From: Asterias rubens
Lineage: Eukaryota
Assembly (NCBI RefSeq): GCF_902459465.1
Contig: NC_047071.1
Coordinates: 17,670,001 to 17,734,000 of the forward strand
Reading direction: 5' to 3'
DNA length: 64,000 nt
The notes under the pieces are model-generated. The model was not told the origin of the DNA. It ran no database searches and saw only the letters and a program-made list of their open reading frames with translations. Shown here piece after piece: positions 37,451 to 50,696 of the stretch (position 1 is the stretch's first letter; the number at the start of each line of letters is the position of its first letter). The position numbers and the translations under genes were made by a program.

Positions 37451-38501
37451 AGAAAGCACTATATGTATTATAATTTGCGAGTGGAATAATTCACCACACT
37501 TCTTACCATTTCTGTAATGTTCCTTTAAATACCGACCTACATTGCAGCACAAAGCCAGCAAATTAGTTAACATCTTACAAGTTTACACTAATTGTGTACG
37601 AAATTTTGCGTGCAACGCTTCACTCTCGCTCGCACTTAGGTCGGCCCCTGATTATTGAGCATAAGTGTAAAACCATGTTTTATCACAACCCATTACTTTC
37701 CTTAAATGCGTTGACGAGCGACATAAACCGGCACAGGCAATACGTGGTCTATAAACGGAGTGATGATTGACAGAAACCAATACGCGACGGTCATTCACGG
37801 ACACCGTATAAGTCAACCAACCTCTGGCGTATCTTATTCGGGCGGCCCACCACCAGCGTTTTGGGGTAGTTGTGTGGCTTCTTTACGAAATTCCGGAAAA
37901 TAAAATATCCGATCTATAAAAAAAAATGTATACAGGTTTGGGTTTTTCGTCAGTAAAAAATATGTACGCGACCTTGATTCCTAGGATGTGTATTATTCCC
38001 GGCAACGATCAAAGCGGTATAACAGATTTGTGAATACATGTTGACTGACAGCGACCAGAGAAAAGCCTATAATGTATTTCCAGAAACTTGGGAAAACATG
38101 TGTGAATGGGAAGTTTTGATAAAGAAAATTTGCGAAACGTAAATTGGAAAGTGACTATAAAATAAGTATTTAGGAATGTTATAACACACAAGCAATGTCA
38201 GCCATTTTTAAAATATTGCAAAATTCTTGTTGCTCTAGCTATATATATATTTTTTTTTTTCAAAATTACAACAAACGATGGTCCTTTACGGCATACTTCA
38301 TGCCAAATTATTTGAGCGACATCAAAAACACAAATCCCCACTATATTGTCCATATCTGCCCACTATACTTTTTGATTTCCTTGTCAGATCAAAATCAGTA
38401 AACTTGTCATATGCCGTCATATCAACCAATGAGTATCATACTTTCTTAAATTAGTCAAATTTTAACAATTGTTTGTGTTATTTGCTTCTCTATCTATACA
38501 G

Positions 38502-38593
38502 ATGAACACATACCTGAAGACAAACATCAACTTCGAGCACCTTCCTCAAAAAACCTGTCACCCTTTCCACCATCAGATCAGCAGAGGATCAAG
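38502..38593 (+). other. Isolated candidate exon (92 nt)
   Basis: Acceptor tttgcttctctatctatacag, donor AAG|GTAAAT; open in two frames (EHIPEDKHQLRAPSSKNLSPFPPSDQQRIK). Confidence 0.35.
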
Positions 38594-41234
38594 GTAAATC
38601 TTCATTTAATGTGAAAATTTCACCACTCACTTTGTTTTTGCAAGTGACCTCGCCCCTTGGAAAATGAGCTTGTCGCGGTTTCCAGCGTAAATATAAGGCG
38701 CCAAAGGTACCGATAAAACGGCGCCAATCTGGGGAGACAGTGGCCCCCTGAGCCCCTTCGAAAGACAGATCAAAAAAATATTTGGTTTTCTTTAGCTATC
38801 CACAAACTTAATGCATTTTACAAATTGTTTACCCTAAAACAAACACACTTTAGTACCAGTCAAGCATGTCGAGACAATGTTCCAAACTATTAGCAATTTT
38901 TACACAAAAATAGCTGATTTTAGGACGAAAATATTTATAAATTCTTATTGAAATTGATTGAAAGACAGCCGGTACTATACTCACAAAAGGAACTGTCACG
39001 TCCGACTTTGCGAATTAACTTCAGCTTTCGGATGGTGGCTCGGGATTATCATTACATTCATTCACGACTGAAAGATGGCTCTAATTTCCCCTCCAAAATA
39101 CACACAGACAAACTTCGGAAATAAAGACGATCGCTGGGCTGATAAGTCTAAACAAAGACAGGTCATTATTACGTTTGTACCCATCCCTTGTCTCCTATAC
39201 CGCTTGGGAGCTGGACCCCTGCCCTTGATCAAAGCGCCTTAATTTACCCTAAATCCATGAACTACATCTGATAAAAGTTCACAAACCAATTGATATAAGT
39301 TGATTTAGTAATTATCGTGGTGATCTAAGTTGATTTAGTAATAACCGTGGTTTGGGACGGTATGTTAAGCCTTTACCTGAAGGTGTTTATTTGTTACATG
39401 GCTGAAGTTTGACAAGAAACATTGACACATTTTGAGAAAATACATGCTTTAGTCACCTTGTTCAGTTATTATAATGTAGTGACCTAAGCTAGGAGGGAAA
39501 CAAGTTTGGCTCTACATGGGATTTCAGGCATTGCATGTTGAGGTATCAATGTATATTTGGTTTGCAAAGTTTGGCTCAAAATTTATGTGTACACCTTCTG
39601 AGAAAAAAATACAGACGATAGGTCCTCGAAAGACGGTACGTCAAGTAAGAGGTTCTCTTGAGACAGTGTGAACAAAACCCATGGAGGTTGTTTCAGAAAG
39701 TATAAGTTAATTAGTCATAGGGAACATAACACGGGATGTGTTTGGGTCTCGGTTCTTGTGACTTGGCTCTTGGATCTCGGTTACTGGTTCTTGGTTTTCG
39801 GTTCTTGACTAATTGAGTCTATTATTGGGTCTTGTTTTGGTAATGAACGTCTTGTCAATAGGTGCAATGTTTAGATATTTTACATAATTTATGCAGTCAA
39901 AAATGATCAGCTATGTAAGATGGGCCACCTTTAATAAGAACAAAAATTGTAACTACAGAACGTCAAATCCATGTGTCGAAGTTTTTCGCCCAAAAATGAT
40001 TCAGTCTGAAGCTATATCACACATGTATTTTTAAATAACGCAGTCCAAAGTTTATTAAATGTGTTAGATGGCACCTTCAAGGAACCCAAATTGCAACTAA
40101 AGAAACAGAACATCAAATCGATGTGTCAAAGTTTGTTTTTTGCCCAAAGATGGATCCGTCTGAAGCTAGACGTCGCACTCTCCCCCTATAGGTCTCTCTA
40201 GGTCTCTGAAAGGTCACCTAAGGTGTTGTACATTGCTTGAGGCGGAGTTGTAACTCAGGAAATTGTAATGCAAAAGAAATGTTCGCCTTTAGGCGCACTT
40301 CTCAGAAACAACCGTCAGGGGAGATTAGCAGACAACAGCAAATGTTACCCACTAGTTTTGTTGTTATGAAAAGGCGAATATTTGGAGTTCAGTAAATGCC
40401 TCTCGGAAAAGTAATGTTAGTTTCCTCCAGCCCACAACCGTGAAAGAAATTTTTAGCGCAGAGACGATGTGAGAACAAAAAAGTCACTGTGTTTAAAATG
40501 CCACAAGTCGAAGGGTTGGATCGTGTTACTTGCTGGCCTGGCTCACCACAACGGAACGCATTTACACCTGGGTTGAATTCAATCGCAGAAATGCCGAGAC
40601 GAGTTTTCCATCTGATGCACCGTTTTAAAAGTAAACGCACACACAACTACAACTCCAGAAAACCTTAATGTGAAAATCCTCGGGGTGTTTAACCCCCATA
40701 CCTGACATCGTCATCAGCTTCCAGGGGTAGCCAGCTCCAATTCACTCAAGTTCAATCTATTTCCTCGTAGATTGACCGCATACAAGCTTTATATAAATGA
40801 ACTTGTGATATACCTTGGCAAAGCCCGGGACCAGGGTTTTCAATTACGGGAAATTCTTGCAAAGAGGGCACAGCTGTCAGCTACGCAACATTTAATTTTC
40901 ACGTCCATAAAAGATATCTGGTTTGATCTTTTGGGTTTTGATCTTTTTGGGGTTTTATAAAGTTCAAGGAAGGAGTGTAATTAGGGTCGCCTGGTGGATG
41001 TTCAGTGGCAGGAGCTAAACAAGCGATATTAGGGTCGAGCTTTTGAAAAAACAACATGGCATTATATAGCTTGCTAGATATAAGGGGACTTACACAAATT
41101 AAAGGGTCTGTTTTTTCGGTCGGGGAATGAAGCAATTTTTGTCCGCACGTTCTCGATCGAGGGTTGTCGAAAAGAAAGTATATATCTAAATTTTTGCTCT
41201 GTTGGTCCTCGAAGTGGCAAGGAAAGAATGAAAG

Positions 41235-41467
41235 GAAAAGCACCCTTTTTGCACAATTTTTCTTTCAGATGCCCAAGACAAGCTCAGACCTGAAGTCTTT
41301 CTCAGATTCAAATTGAGTGAGAAATTACTTCATTCTCAAAACTACATTACTTCAGAGGGAGTCGTTTCTCACGATGTTTTATACTACAATAGCTCTCCGT
41401 TGCTCGTTACCAAGTAATTTTGTATGCTAATATTTAATTTGAGTAATCACCACTAGTGTCCATGCCT
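41235..41467. mobile_element. Kolobok-type MITE family A, partial
   Basis: Family A body, ends TAGTGTCCATGCCT|TTAA. Confidence 0.65.
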
Positions 41468-41876
41468 TTAAAGAAACCATCCTTTTCAGCTTTTATTGCC
41501 ATTCAAAAGGAATACTCACTATCCTTGCCTTTCCGGCGGCCTTCGCAGAAAAAGGTGTTGCCCCTAAACCTCGCTTAATTACCACACGCTATACAAGAAC
41601 TTAACTTGACAGTACACAGTCCCCTCATTGAAGGTTGGGTGGGCAAACTATTCATTACCCAAAGGGAGAAAGATGCCTTCCTCCGCCATCTATTAGTCAC
41701 TCCTCGCAATTATTGGAAAGTTTCGGTAAAACACCCATTCTACATAAGACAACGACAATCCATTATAGCTTCGTTAAAAGTAAGAAAATAACGCTTTAAA
41801 CCAAAACAAAACGAAATAAAACAGACACAACAGGAAACAGCAGGAAACAGCGCCACCAACTGACTGGTGGTGCCTC

Positions 41877-41917
41877 GTTCTGAGGATGACCAGTGATACT
41901 ATAGTCGAAACGTCAAC
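41877..41917 (+). ncRNA. Minimal type-I hammerhead ribozyme motif (Penelope-like, dimer type)
   Basis: GTT-CTGAGGA-T-GAC[...]GTC-GAAAC-GTC-AAC: core CUGANGA and GAAA, stem I GTT/AAC, stem II closed by GAC/GTC, palindromic ACGT stem III, GUC cleavage triplet (after 41914). Confidence 0.6.
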
Positions 41918-43806
41918 AAATTTTACGCAAGTATTGGCTGTGTTTCATAGAAAATTCAATTGCCAAGACACAACACATTTAGTCCTTGGAATCCTGTGAC
42001 ATAAGATAAGTTTTGAGAAGAAATCTGTGGTACAAAGACAAGATCTAAGATAAAGTGATGGAGAGTTCCATATTCATTCCCCATCTTGTGGACACATGTT
42101 CCAAGCAAGCCCTCCCTCGTTACCGTCTAGTCTACCCAATACGTGATGCTTTGATGCTTCTTGCCTTGATGCGTCTTTCCTCTAAGATGATAATACCACT
42201 CTTGAAGAAAGAAAAAACTAGCTTCCCCGATAAAGGTTAAGTTGGAGGCGTTATTGGTACATCCATGAGGGAAAGACATTATAATAACAGAAGTCCTGAG
42301 TGACATCATGTGGATCATTGTCCCTTGACGATTTGGGGCTTAAAGGCAAAGCATACACCTGGCTTAAAGAACCATTCGATTACTTTCATCCTAGAGTGTA
42401 GATATATACAGTAAAACTTCCAGTGACAACTTTATTTCAAAAGGCTGTCGCGAGATCTTGAGATATCGCGAAAACCTGGAGCGGTTATGTTCACGCAGGA
42501 AGAATAATAATAGTGATAATAAATGATTATTATAACAAATTATAATACATAATTGGAATAGACGATCTGGAAAACGTTTCTGCAAAAAAGTTTCCCAGAT
42601 TGAATTGTTTTTGAATCCCTTTCTCTAAAAGCACATTCCTTTGCAGGGAATCTGTTCCAAAATTGTAATAAATATTATTGGTGATAAATAGCTGCGCTGT
42701 TCTTCTCAAGTAAGTTTTCATGGCCATTTTTTGTTTGATTTGAGCATGGAGGTAGGGATTTGAGTAACCAAAAGTATACCATCCCTTTGAAGCAATGAGA
42801 AAGCTATAAAGCGGACACATAAAGTTCACTTTATGCACAAAACTGTTATGAAGCTTATCATAACTATAACTTGAGTGGTCTGGTGATATAGTTTTGTTTT
42901 TGTTTTTTTGAGATAGTAGACACATGGCTCCAATGTTGCACTGTTTCTTCTCTTTTCGCCTGAAGCGGTTTCTTGGATGTGTTCTATCTTTGCTATAATA
43001 GTTACTTCTTTTTTTTCGCTTGCAACTTACTTGAGTTTGTTGTTGCTGTTTGGTTTCCTCTCACTCGATTCGTTCATACTTCTTGTCCGATGAATGGTAA
43101 TTAGAGGCCTTTGTAAGCTGTGTAGCTTCCTTTAAGAAATGTGACCCGCAGTTCAAGTGGGACAGTGCTCGTTAGCGAACGGTTAGACTAAACGAATACG
43201 GAGAACGAGCGACCGGCGCCGTCGTGGTCGCCCGGTCACCGGGCGGTTCTCTTCCGTTGGTTATAATAAGCCACAATCCAGATTCCTGGATATATTTGGG
43301 TTCTTCTTTCTGATGGGAAAACTGGGCCAGTAAATTGGAGCATCAAACCCTGCGCTGTGCCGACATTTTCCATAGTAAGTCGGCAATTGTTTCATAAATA
43401 GCCAACATTACCAGAACCAACTTTAGATTAACATTTAGAACACCAACAAAACACATTTCCACATTGCTTCATCACCATGATTGCAAACCAATTTAGGTCA
43501 AATCTGTGACCATTAACGTTCCTAAATGTGAACAAGTTGGGTTTTTGGTAGGTTTTTTTAAGTCGTTTTTCATATCCCTTTAACCTTCCCTGGATTGATA
43601 TAAAATGTTTTTAATCAAAAATGTCTTGCCTGTCTTCACTTTGTTTGCTCGTAAATCGAACAGACTCTTATAAAAACGGGCAAAGATTAAAATTTAAAAT
43701 GACATACATGTGTGACCTCTGTCTACACTTAACCCTCTCCAACCCTTCACAATCTGTTGGCCATGCGCACTAGCAATTCGTAGTTTCTCATCATTTTATC
43801 ATTTAA

Positions 43807-44115
43807 AGGAATATTGCAGAAATGGTAAGAAAAAACCTCGTCTAAGGTCACAAATTTACATAAAACTTACACGGTCTAATGATGATGGTAGTAGAAAATA
43901 TCCCTTGAAATATTTCTGTCCGAAATATCATATTTGATGAGAAATTATTATTTATTTTTTTAATCGATGTCATGTAAAATGTGCCATCGGGTTTTCTTTT
44001 TTGTTTCTCGTGACCCAGATGGTCGATCGATATCAAACTTCTACATGTTTGTCAGTTTAAATATATGGTGGATTACATAACGTGCTTACATTGCCAGCAA
44101 CTGTTTTATTAGCAA
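43807..44115. mobile_element. Kolobok-type MITE family B, right end lost
   Basis: TTAA|AGGAATATTGCAGAAATGGTAAG; body matches 2832-3160. Confidence 0.75.
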
Positions 44116-44694
44116 AAAAAAAAATAATAAATAAAATCGATCGGTTTGGGAGTACTCATAATTACGGTGTAAAACAATAAACTTATCGACTTTCTTGAGT
44201 TGAGAAGTTACGATCGTATCAGTTACAACCTTTGCAGAAAAAAATGTGCCCCCTTAGGTCTCATTAGGAGCGTTTAAATGTTATACTATACGCCATATCG
44301 GGTATGGGACACTGACGTGAAGAGATATATTAACCGCACCTTTCAGGTGCACAATGAAGTTCTAGGCTTGATGAAGCCCTATGTTGCATTTGTGATTATA
44401 GCCCTTGCATTAATGATAATAATCTCCTTTGCATTTGTGATAATATGGCTCTTACATTTTTGATAATAAATCCATTCTGTGTGTGATGATATATCCCTTG
44501 GATCTGTGATACATGCCGTCGCATTTGTGAATGTGGTTTAGATTTCGGCTTGCTGTGTAATCCTCTGCACAGTTGTGACGTTAGTCCTCGCTTAGGTGAT
44601 TTAGTCCTCGCTTTGTAAGTGTAGTCCTCGGTCTGCTATTTAGGCCTCGCATTGTGGTCCTAGGTTTGTGTTGTGGCACTCACTCTGTGGCGTA

Positions 44695-44928
44695 TACTCT
44701 CTTAATGTAAAAGAGTGAAAATGTCACTCTCGTGTCTGAGTGGTGTCAGCTTTGCTCTTTTGAAAATCAATCTGTGTCACTCTGTTTGAGTAAAATTGGA
44801 GCGAACTTCACTCTAAATCGAGTTGAAAGTGCCTGTCTTTCACTCTAAACAGAGTTGTCCGCCAGAATATATCTCTTTGCATGGCGGACAAAACGAGTGG
44901 TTGTTCACTCTTTTACATTACAAGAGTA
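44695..44928. mobile_element. TIR MITE (AATGTAAAAGAGTGAA family); related fragment at ~57870-58096
   Basis: TACTCTCTTAATGTAAAAGAGTGAA / TTCACTCTTTTACATTACAAGAGTA (23/25 match). Confidence 0.75.
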
Positions 44929-45750
44929 GTTCTCATTTCTTGATATTTAGTACGGGTATTTGGTTTGTTTGTGTGTACAAGTTCCGACAATGGAATAGGC
45001 CTATCTTGTGAGACTTCTGGGACTTACCAAAATAACTCGCTCGTTCTTCGAATTGCGCGCTTGCTAAGAACTAAGTAAACAATGGAAACGTATAGAGTTG
45101 TGTACCAATACGTAAACATCAGTGTGTGCACCTCTAAGGTCAAATTCCTGTTTCATGTGTTCTTGACCCGTAGTAAAACGTCGTAGGTTTGTCAAAAGTT
45201 ACACAATCTTAACTATGCCCTCGACAGAATGTTCATAAGCCTGTTCTTTTTACTCTTATGGGATGTTTCCCGGCTAACATCTGTTTTTTTTTAAGAGAGC
45301 CACTTAATTTTTACCAGTTCCTGCAAACCTACACACACCCAGGAATACAGCTTCACTTGCGTGTTTTTATAGCGTCGCTATATAATTATGGCTTCGCACT
45401 TACCAACCGCCAGGCACAAATCTCAGATGTAAGATAAGAGTTATATACCACCGGAGAAACTTTCATGTTAATATGATTGGGTTTCTACAAGGACGTACTA
45501 TTGCTTTGGGAAACTGCCACACTCATTTGTGTCACCATCCATCAACCAGATTTCTGATATACATAAAAGAGAGTTGTTAACGTAATTGCACCAATGCTCG
45601 ATTAGAGTAACACGATGTTGAACTAAACGGGAGTTGTTGAACTAAATTGACTTGTTGATGTTATCGATAACAAGTGGGTGCGAAGTGTGATTTTGCGTGT
45701 ACATGCGAGGAATCGGTACAAAGGGATATCGCCTTAATTCAAGGTCTTAA

Positions 45751-46089
45751 AGGCACAGGGACGCCTTTGGTAATTGTGAAGGACCAGTATTCTCTCTTGG
45801 TGTATCTCCACATAATGCATATAATAATACAACTCTGTGAACATTTGGGCTCAATTGGTTATCGAAGATGCACGAGATGATGAAAGAAAAACACCCTTGT
45901 TGCACAACTTCGTGTTGTGTCTTTTCAGATGCACAGTAACAGGCTTTAAGCCTAAAGTATTTTATTATTTGAGTCAGAAACTACCTCTTTCTCAAAAACT
46001 ACGTTTTACTTCAGAGGGAGCCGTTTCTCACAATGTTTTATATAGTTTTTATGTTAACAATTATTTTGAGTAATTACCATGTAGTACCT
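45751..46089. mobile_element. Kolobok-type MITE family A, diverged
   Basis: TTAA|AGGCACAGG ... GTAGTACCT|TTAA; family A body. Confidence 0.8.
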
Positions 46090-46415
46090 TTAAGATGTAA
46101 TGGAGACTTACACACGTCTACATTTTCTTAAAATCAATGCGTTTTTTTATCTGTCTCAAAGTAAAGGCGATTAACTATATACAATTTCTCGTTGAATGGA
46201 AAACACTTTCAGATTGTCTGAACTACGCCTACCCTCTAAAAACATGGTGTCCACAGAGCGTAATTTAACTTACACTGACGTGTTTGTGAGTGTAAACACT
46301 CACTGTTGCCTTACCCCCTGTGTATAAAAATGTACTCATTTTGTTTTAAAAGGTTAGTTTTATTGTGAGCGCTTTTTAAAAATATCACAGGTAGCGACTG
46401 TGCGTCTCCGAGCTC

Positions 46416-46483
46416 CACACAAAAAAGGTACTGTAAAAGCCTCCCCGCCCACACAAAAAAGGTACTGTAAAAGCCTCCCCGCC
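46416..46483. repeat. Perfect 34-bp tandem duplication
   Basis: CACACAAAAAAGGTACTGTAAAAGCCTCCCCGCC x2. Confidence 0.9.
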
Positions 46484-46654
46484 AAACACCGTAATTACCA
46501 ATTTCTTTTGCAACCGGTGTTCATCTGCTGCGAGAAGTCACACCCAAAATGGTGGAGGCACCCTGACTGCCGCCAGGACCACACCCACTTATCTTGAAAC
46601 TAATGGGTGGTTTCAGCCAACAAAAGGTGAACAAAAGGTCCACACAAGTATCAC

Positions 46655-47170
46655 TCAAAGTTGCACGGTTTTCATTTTACGTCGCGAATTAACACGAATC
46701 AACAAGTTGACTCCCATAAATGGCCGACCGTGTTAGTCGACGAGGTAAAACGAAAACAACGCAATTTTGAGGCATATTTGTGTAGATCATTGTATTCTAC
46801 TTTTACAACATCTTTCTAACCATATCAATTTTATAACAAACGGTTACAAACGCTTTTCAAAGACCAACTCGACCGATCCAAGGCAACGTGTTCCTTTAAA
46901 GGGAAGGTATACGTTTGGTAATCACTTTAAAAAAAAATAAGGGCAATACCAACGTTAGTGTTATATAGGTTAGAAGCCTACAGCAGCTTCCGACACTTGT
47001 CTAGTATAAAGCATTTTGAGAGACGACACTGAATCTGAGAAGCGTCCTGCAGTAACGTTTCTCAGACTGTATTATTCTCAAAAACGCAAACAACATTTGA
47101 ATTGACATTTCCACATGTTAGTTTTATTTATACAACACTCTTAGATTCAAACAGTATGCTTTGCTTTTAA
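46655..47170. mobile_element. Two Kolobok-type elements sharing one TTAA (family F end at 46895; family E start at 46900)
   Basis: ...GGCAACGTGTTCCT|TTAA|AGGGAAGGTATACGTTTGGTAATC... Confidence 0.65.
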
Positions 47171-47906
47171 AGTTTGACATTATGCCATTGATTTTTTTAC
47201 AACCTCTGATGCAGAATGATTCTTGGTGGTATTAAAGAGGTATTCATGCATTTTGTAAATCCAGGTATGACTTTGATCATAAACATGCCGGCACCTTCTA
47301 TGGTGGTAATTTTCCTCCAAATTTACCGAACTTAAAAAGCACTGATTTTGAAGGGAGTAAATTGTGGACTGAACTAATTTTCACCTTTCGATAGTTGCCG
47401 TCTTTAAAGCGAACTTTTGTACTGCACCAAATCATAAGCCATCACGCAGACTACACCAAACTTAAAGAAAGCTATGGCCAAACGGGTGAAAGCTATAAGC
47501 CTAGAATAATGAATCCTACTCGTAAAAAAAAGAGACCTTTAGCTCGATTTTTCCTGCTCCACAGAATATTTCAGTGGAAATTTAAAGCTTGAAATATACA
47601 GTTTAAGTATATGGTGTTATAAAGACCCTGGGCTATTTAACAAGCAAGATTGCCTGCCCTGGAGAATTGAATGGGAGTAGAATACGAAACCACTGTGTTG
47701 CGTGGGTCCTTTGTGGTGCAGACAAACCTCTTGCCCAGTTGTTTACCGTGAGCGCTCTTTCCTTTCCAATAAAAGGGATTGCGCCAACTCTTGACAACAA
47801 GGGGCAGGGGAGAGACTTAATAAACGGCTGCGTTTTGTGATCCGATATCTGGTATTTGGCGAGGTCGGTTCGCTCCGGGAGTTTTAACAATTGGAAACCG
47901 ATCCGG

Positions 47907-48257
47907 AATCGTTCACAATTTGGCTGTTTTTCAAGAAGAGGGGAAAATGGTGAACTTGCATCTCAGAGGTTTTGATACTATGAAAGAAAGAGGTTCGCTC
48001 GACATTGCAGCAGTTCTGTATCATCGAACTGCCTGGTTTAACCAATTCAGTGCCGGAGCATAAGGGAATATAGTTCAACAACAAAAATCGTTCACAATTT
48101 GGCTGTTTTCAGAAAGGGAGGAAAGTGTGAACTTGCATCTCAGAGGGTTAGATACTATGAAAGGGAAAGGTTTTCTCGTCATTGCAGCAGTTCTGTATCA
48201 ATGAACTCCCCTGATTTAACCAATTCAGTGCCGGAGCATAGGGGAATAGTAGTTCAA
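47907..48257. repeat. Direct tandem duplication, period 179 bp
   Basis: AATCGTTCACAATTTGGCTGTTTT...CCAATTCAGTGCCGGAGCATA repeated at 47907 and 48086. Confidence 0.85.
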
Positions 48258-48461
48258 TACGACTTGGCTCCCTGTGTGGTTGGTTGATTACAGGGTTGCC
48301 ACGGGGAAATGGGTCCAAAACAAGACTATAAAGCCCTTAGTATTGATTTGAACTCGTTTGTAAATAATAAATACAGTTCTTTGCCCGATACTGACCCCAA
48401 TCGAAACATACTTTGAATGCATCGCCTGTACTTCGTTTGCACGATCAAGCCAGACTTGGCA

Positions 48462-48708
48462 TTAGACACTGTCGGTAAAATCTCGAAATTTGTAAGCATA
48501 AAAACTTACTTGGTAACAAGCAATGCTGGATGTTTTTTTTTTTAATAGTATAGAACTTTGTGAGAACGAAAGAAATAATTTCTTACTCAAATGTTTGTGT
48601 AACAAGGGCGTGTTTTCCAATTGAGTCAACATTTTCACAGATTCGTATGCATATGTTGGGATACCAAGTGAAAATACTGGTCTTTGACAATAACCAAAGA
48701 TGTCCAGT
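48462..48708. mobile_element. Kolobok-type MITE family A, degenerate and internally deleted
   Basis: Family A blocks GCATAAAAACTTACTTGGTAAC and TGGTCTTTGACAAT. Confidence 0.6.
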
Positions 48709-50344
48709 GATACCCATAACATATATAATACATGTGGGCCTACATGTATTATGTACTGGTTCGGAAGTAAGCTGGGGAAAGTTCCTACATTAAAACATCT
48801 GAACATTGAGCCAGAGTGTCACAACAACAAAATCTTCTTGTGGGATACAAATGAGGCCTCTCTGTTGGTGCAACATGCGCTTTCCCCCAACAATGGGACT
48901 TTGGAACCCTAAATGGACCATGGGGGCGATAGCCTTTTCAAGTTCTGACAAATGCCAGTTTTGTTGGGACAAACCATGGACAAACTGAACAGTTGGACTA
49001 ATGGGCTATCCCATTAATGTCTCTTTATTCACTGAGTTCATTTGATGACCAGAGAAGATACCTCCTTAAATTAAAACCCGTCCTAATGGATGGGATAATC
49101 CGGTTATGGGCTTAAAGTAAACTGTTGATGTCTGACACAAATCCAAAGATTTCATCCACTCTCGGATTTAAGTTCTTTTGGCGGTTGCTCATTCTATACA
49201 CGTACGCCCAATTACCTGATGTAGTGATATTGATGTATTATAACTGGAGCTGTTTATAAAGCGTCACCTTGCTGATCTTTTGGGGGCTTGATGTGCTTTT
49301 GATTGGTTGTGGAAAGTATAGGAGAGTTTAAAGGTACGGTGCCCCAATGGCAACCATGTTTTAGTTTTATGAGGACACCACACGGATTCACGTTTTGAGT
49401 TGAGGCTAACTCTGATATTAGCAAGCGAGATGCCAACGTTGCGCACAGTAAAGCTATAACACAATGATGGACATGCATGTTCCTATAATGACACACTTAG
49501 ACAATGTGAAACTTTTGGCACCCTTTCCAAAGAGCATAAACGTTCTGTTTTAAGTTCGGTCATTTTGGTTGTGTCCACATACATCGATGTGTGTTAATAA
49601 CTCAGTACTTTCCTGAGCTCCATTTCGAATGGCACAGTCACCATCATTTTATAAAAGCCCTTTCACACGACAGTAATCTAACAGCTTGGTTTAGCTTGGT
49701 TGCGAAATTTCACCACTGGTGAACTTTGTTTAAAATTGACATAATGTGTGTTGTCACAAAATATATACCGAAGAGAGAATCACATTAACATCATAGGGTG
49801 TTAAAATAACACATTGTGTGGGTGTGTTTGCAAAAGTGTCTTAACACCCATAATATGTTGTACATTTTGATTCGTTACAGTATGTGACAACACCCAATGG
49901 TGTCAACTTTAACATCCCAATTCTAGCAGTGTATGGTTTCCTCTCAAACTTTCCCCGCCTCTTTAAAGGAAATGAAGTCTTGAAAAAAAGCTTCACATTT
50001 TGAGAGCCTTTATGCTCTGACCTCCCTCGCGCAATAAGCCGATCGACTCATTCCAATTTCAAAATCTGACTATTGACAGTTTCGAAATAGCCACTCAGTG
50101 ATGGCCACTCTCTGCTTTACAACAACATGGTCTTCTTTTGGTGCTTTTACATAATACACAGCAATGTTGGTAACTAAAATTCCGAAGTTATGCCAACGTC
50201 CCAACGGTTACTAATAAATATTTTGATTAAATGAGCCATGCACAAAACTGTGTCATGGTCGTTATCCACGTCATGTGCTACACAGAAGACATGGATATAA
50301 GTTTATTATATGCAATAGGAATGCAAAGATGGTCAAACCATTTA

Positions 50345-50696
50345 ACACTATTGGTAATTACTCAAAATAATTAACATCATAAAACCTTTCTTGATTACGA
50401 GTAATGTGGAGAGGTTGATGGTATAAAACATTGTGAGAAACGGCTCCCTCTGAAGTGACGTAGTTTTCGAGAAAGAAGTAATTTTCCACGAATTTGATTT
50501 CGAGACCTCAGATTCAGAATTTGAGGTCATCTGAAAGCACACAACTTCGTGTGACAAGGGTGTTTTTTCTTTCATTATTGTCTCGCAAATTCGACGAGCT
50601 CAAATATTCACAGGTTCGTTATTTTATGCATATGTTGAGATACACCAAGTAAGAAGACTGGTCTTTGACAATTATTACCAATAGTGTCCACTGTCT
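50345..50696. mobile_element. Kolobok-type MITE family A
   Basis: ACACTATTGGTAATT ... CCAATAGTGTCCACTGTCT|TTAA. Confidence 0.85.

Noticed and set aside
40772-41240. IYLGKARD... as a GIY-YIG nuclease remnant near the 41877 hammerhead
   Set aside because: Resemblance is limited to a few residues and the frame has many stops; would need an HMM hit.
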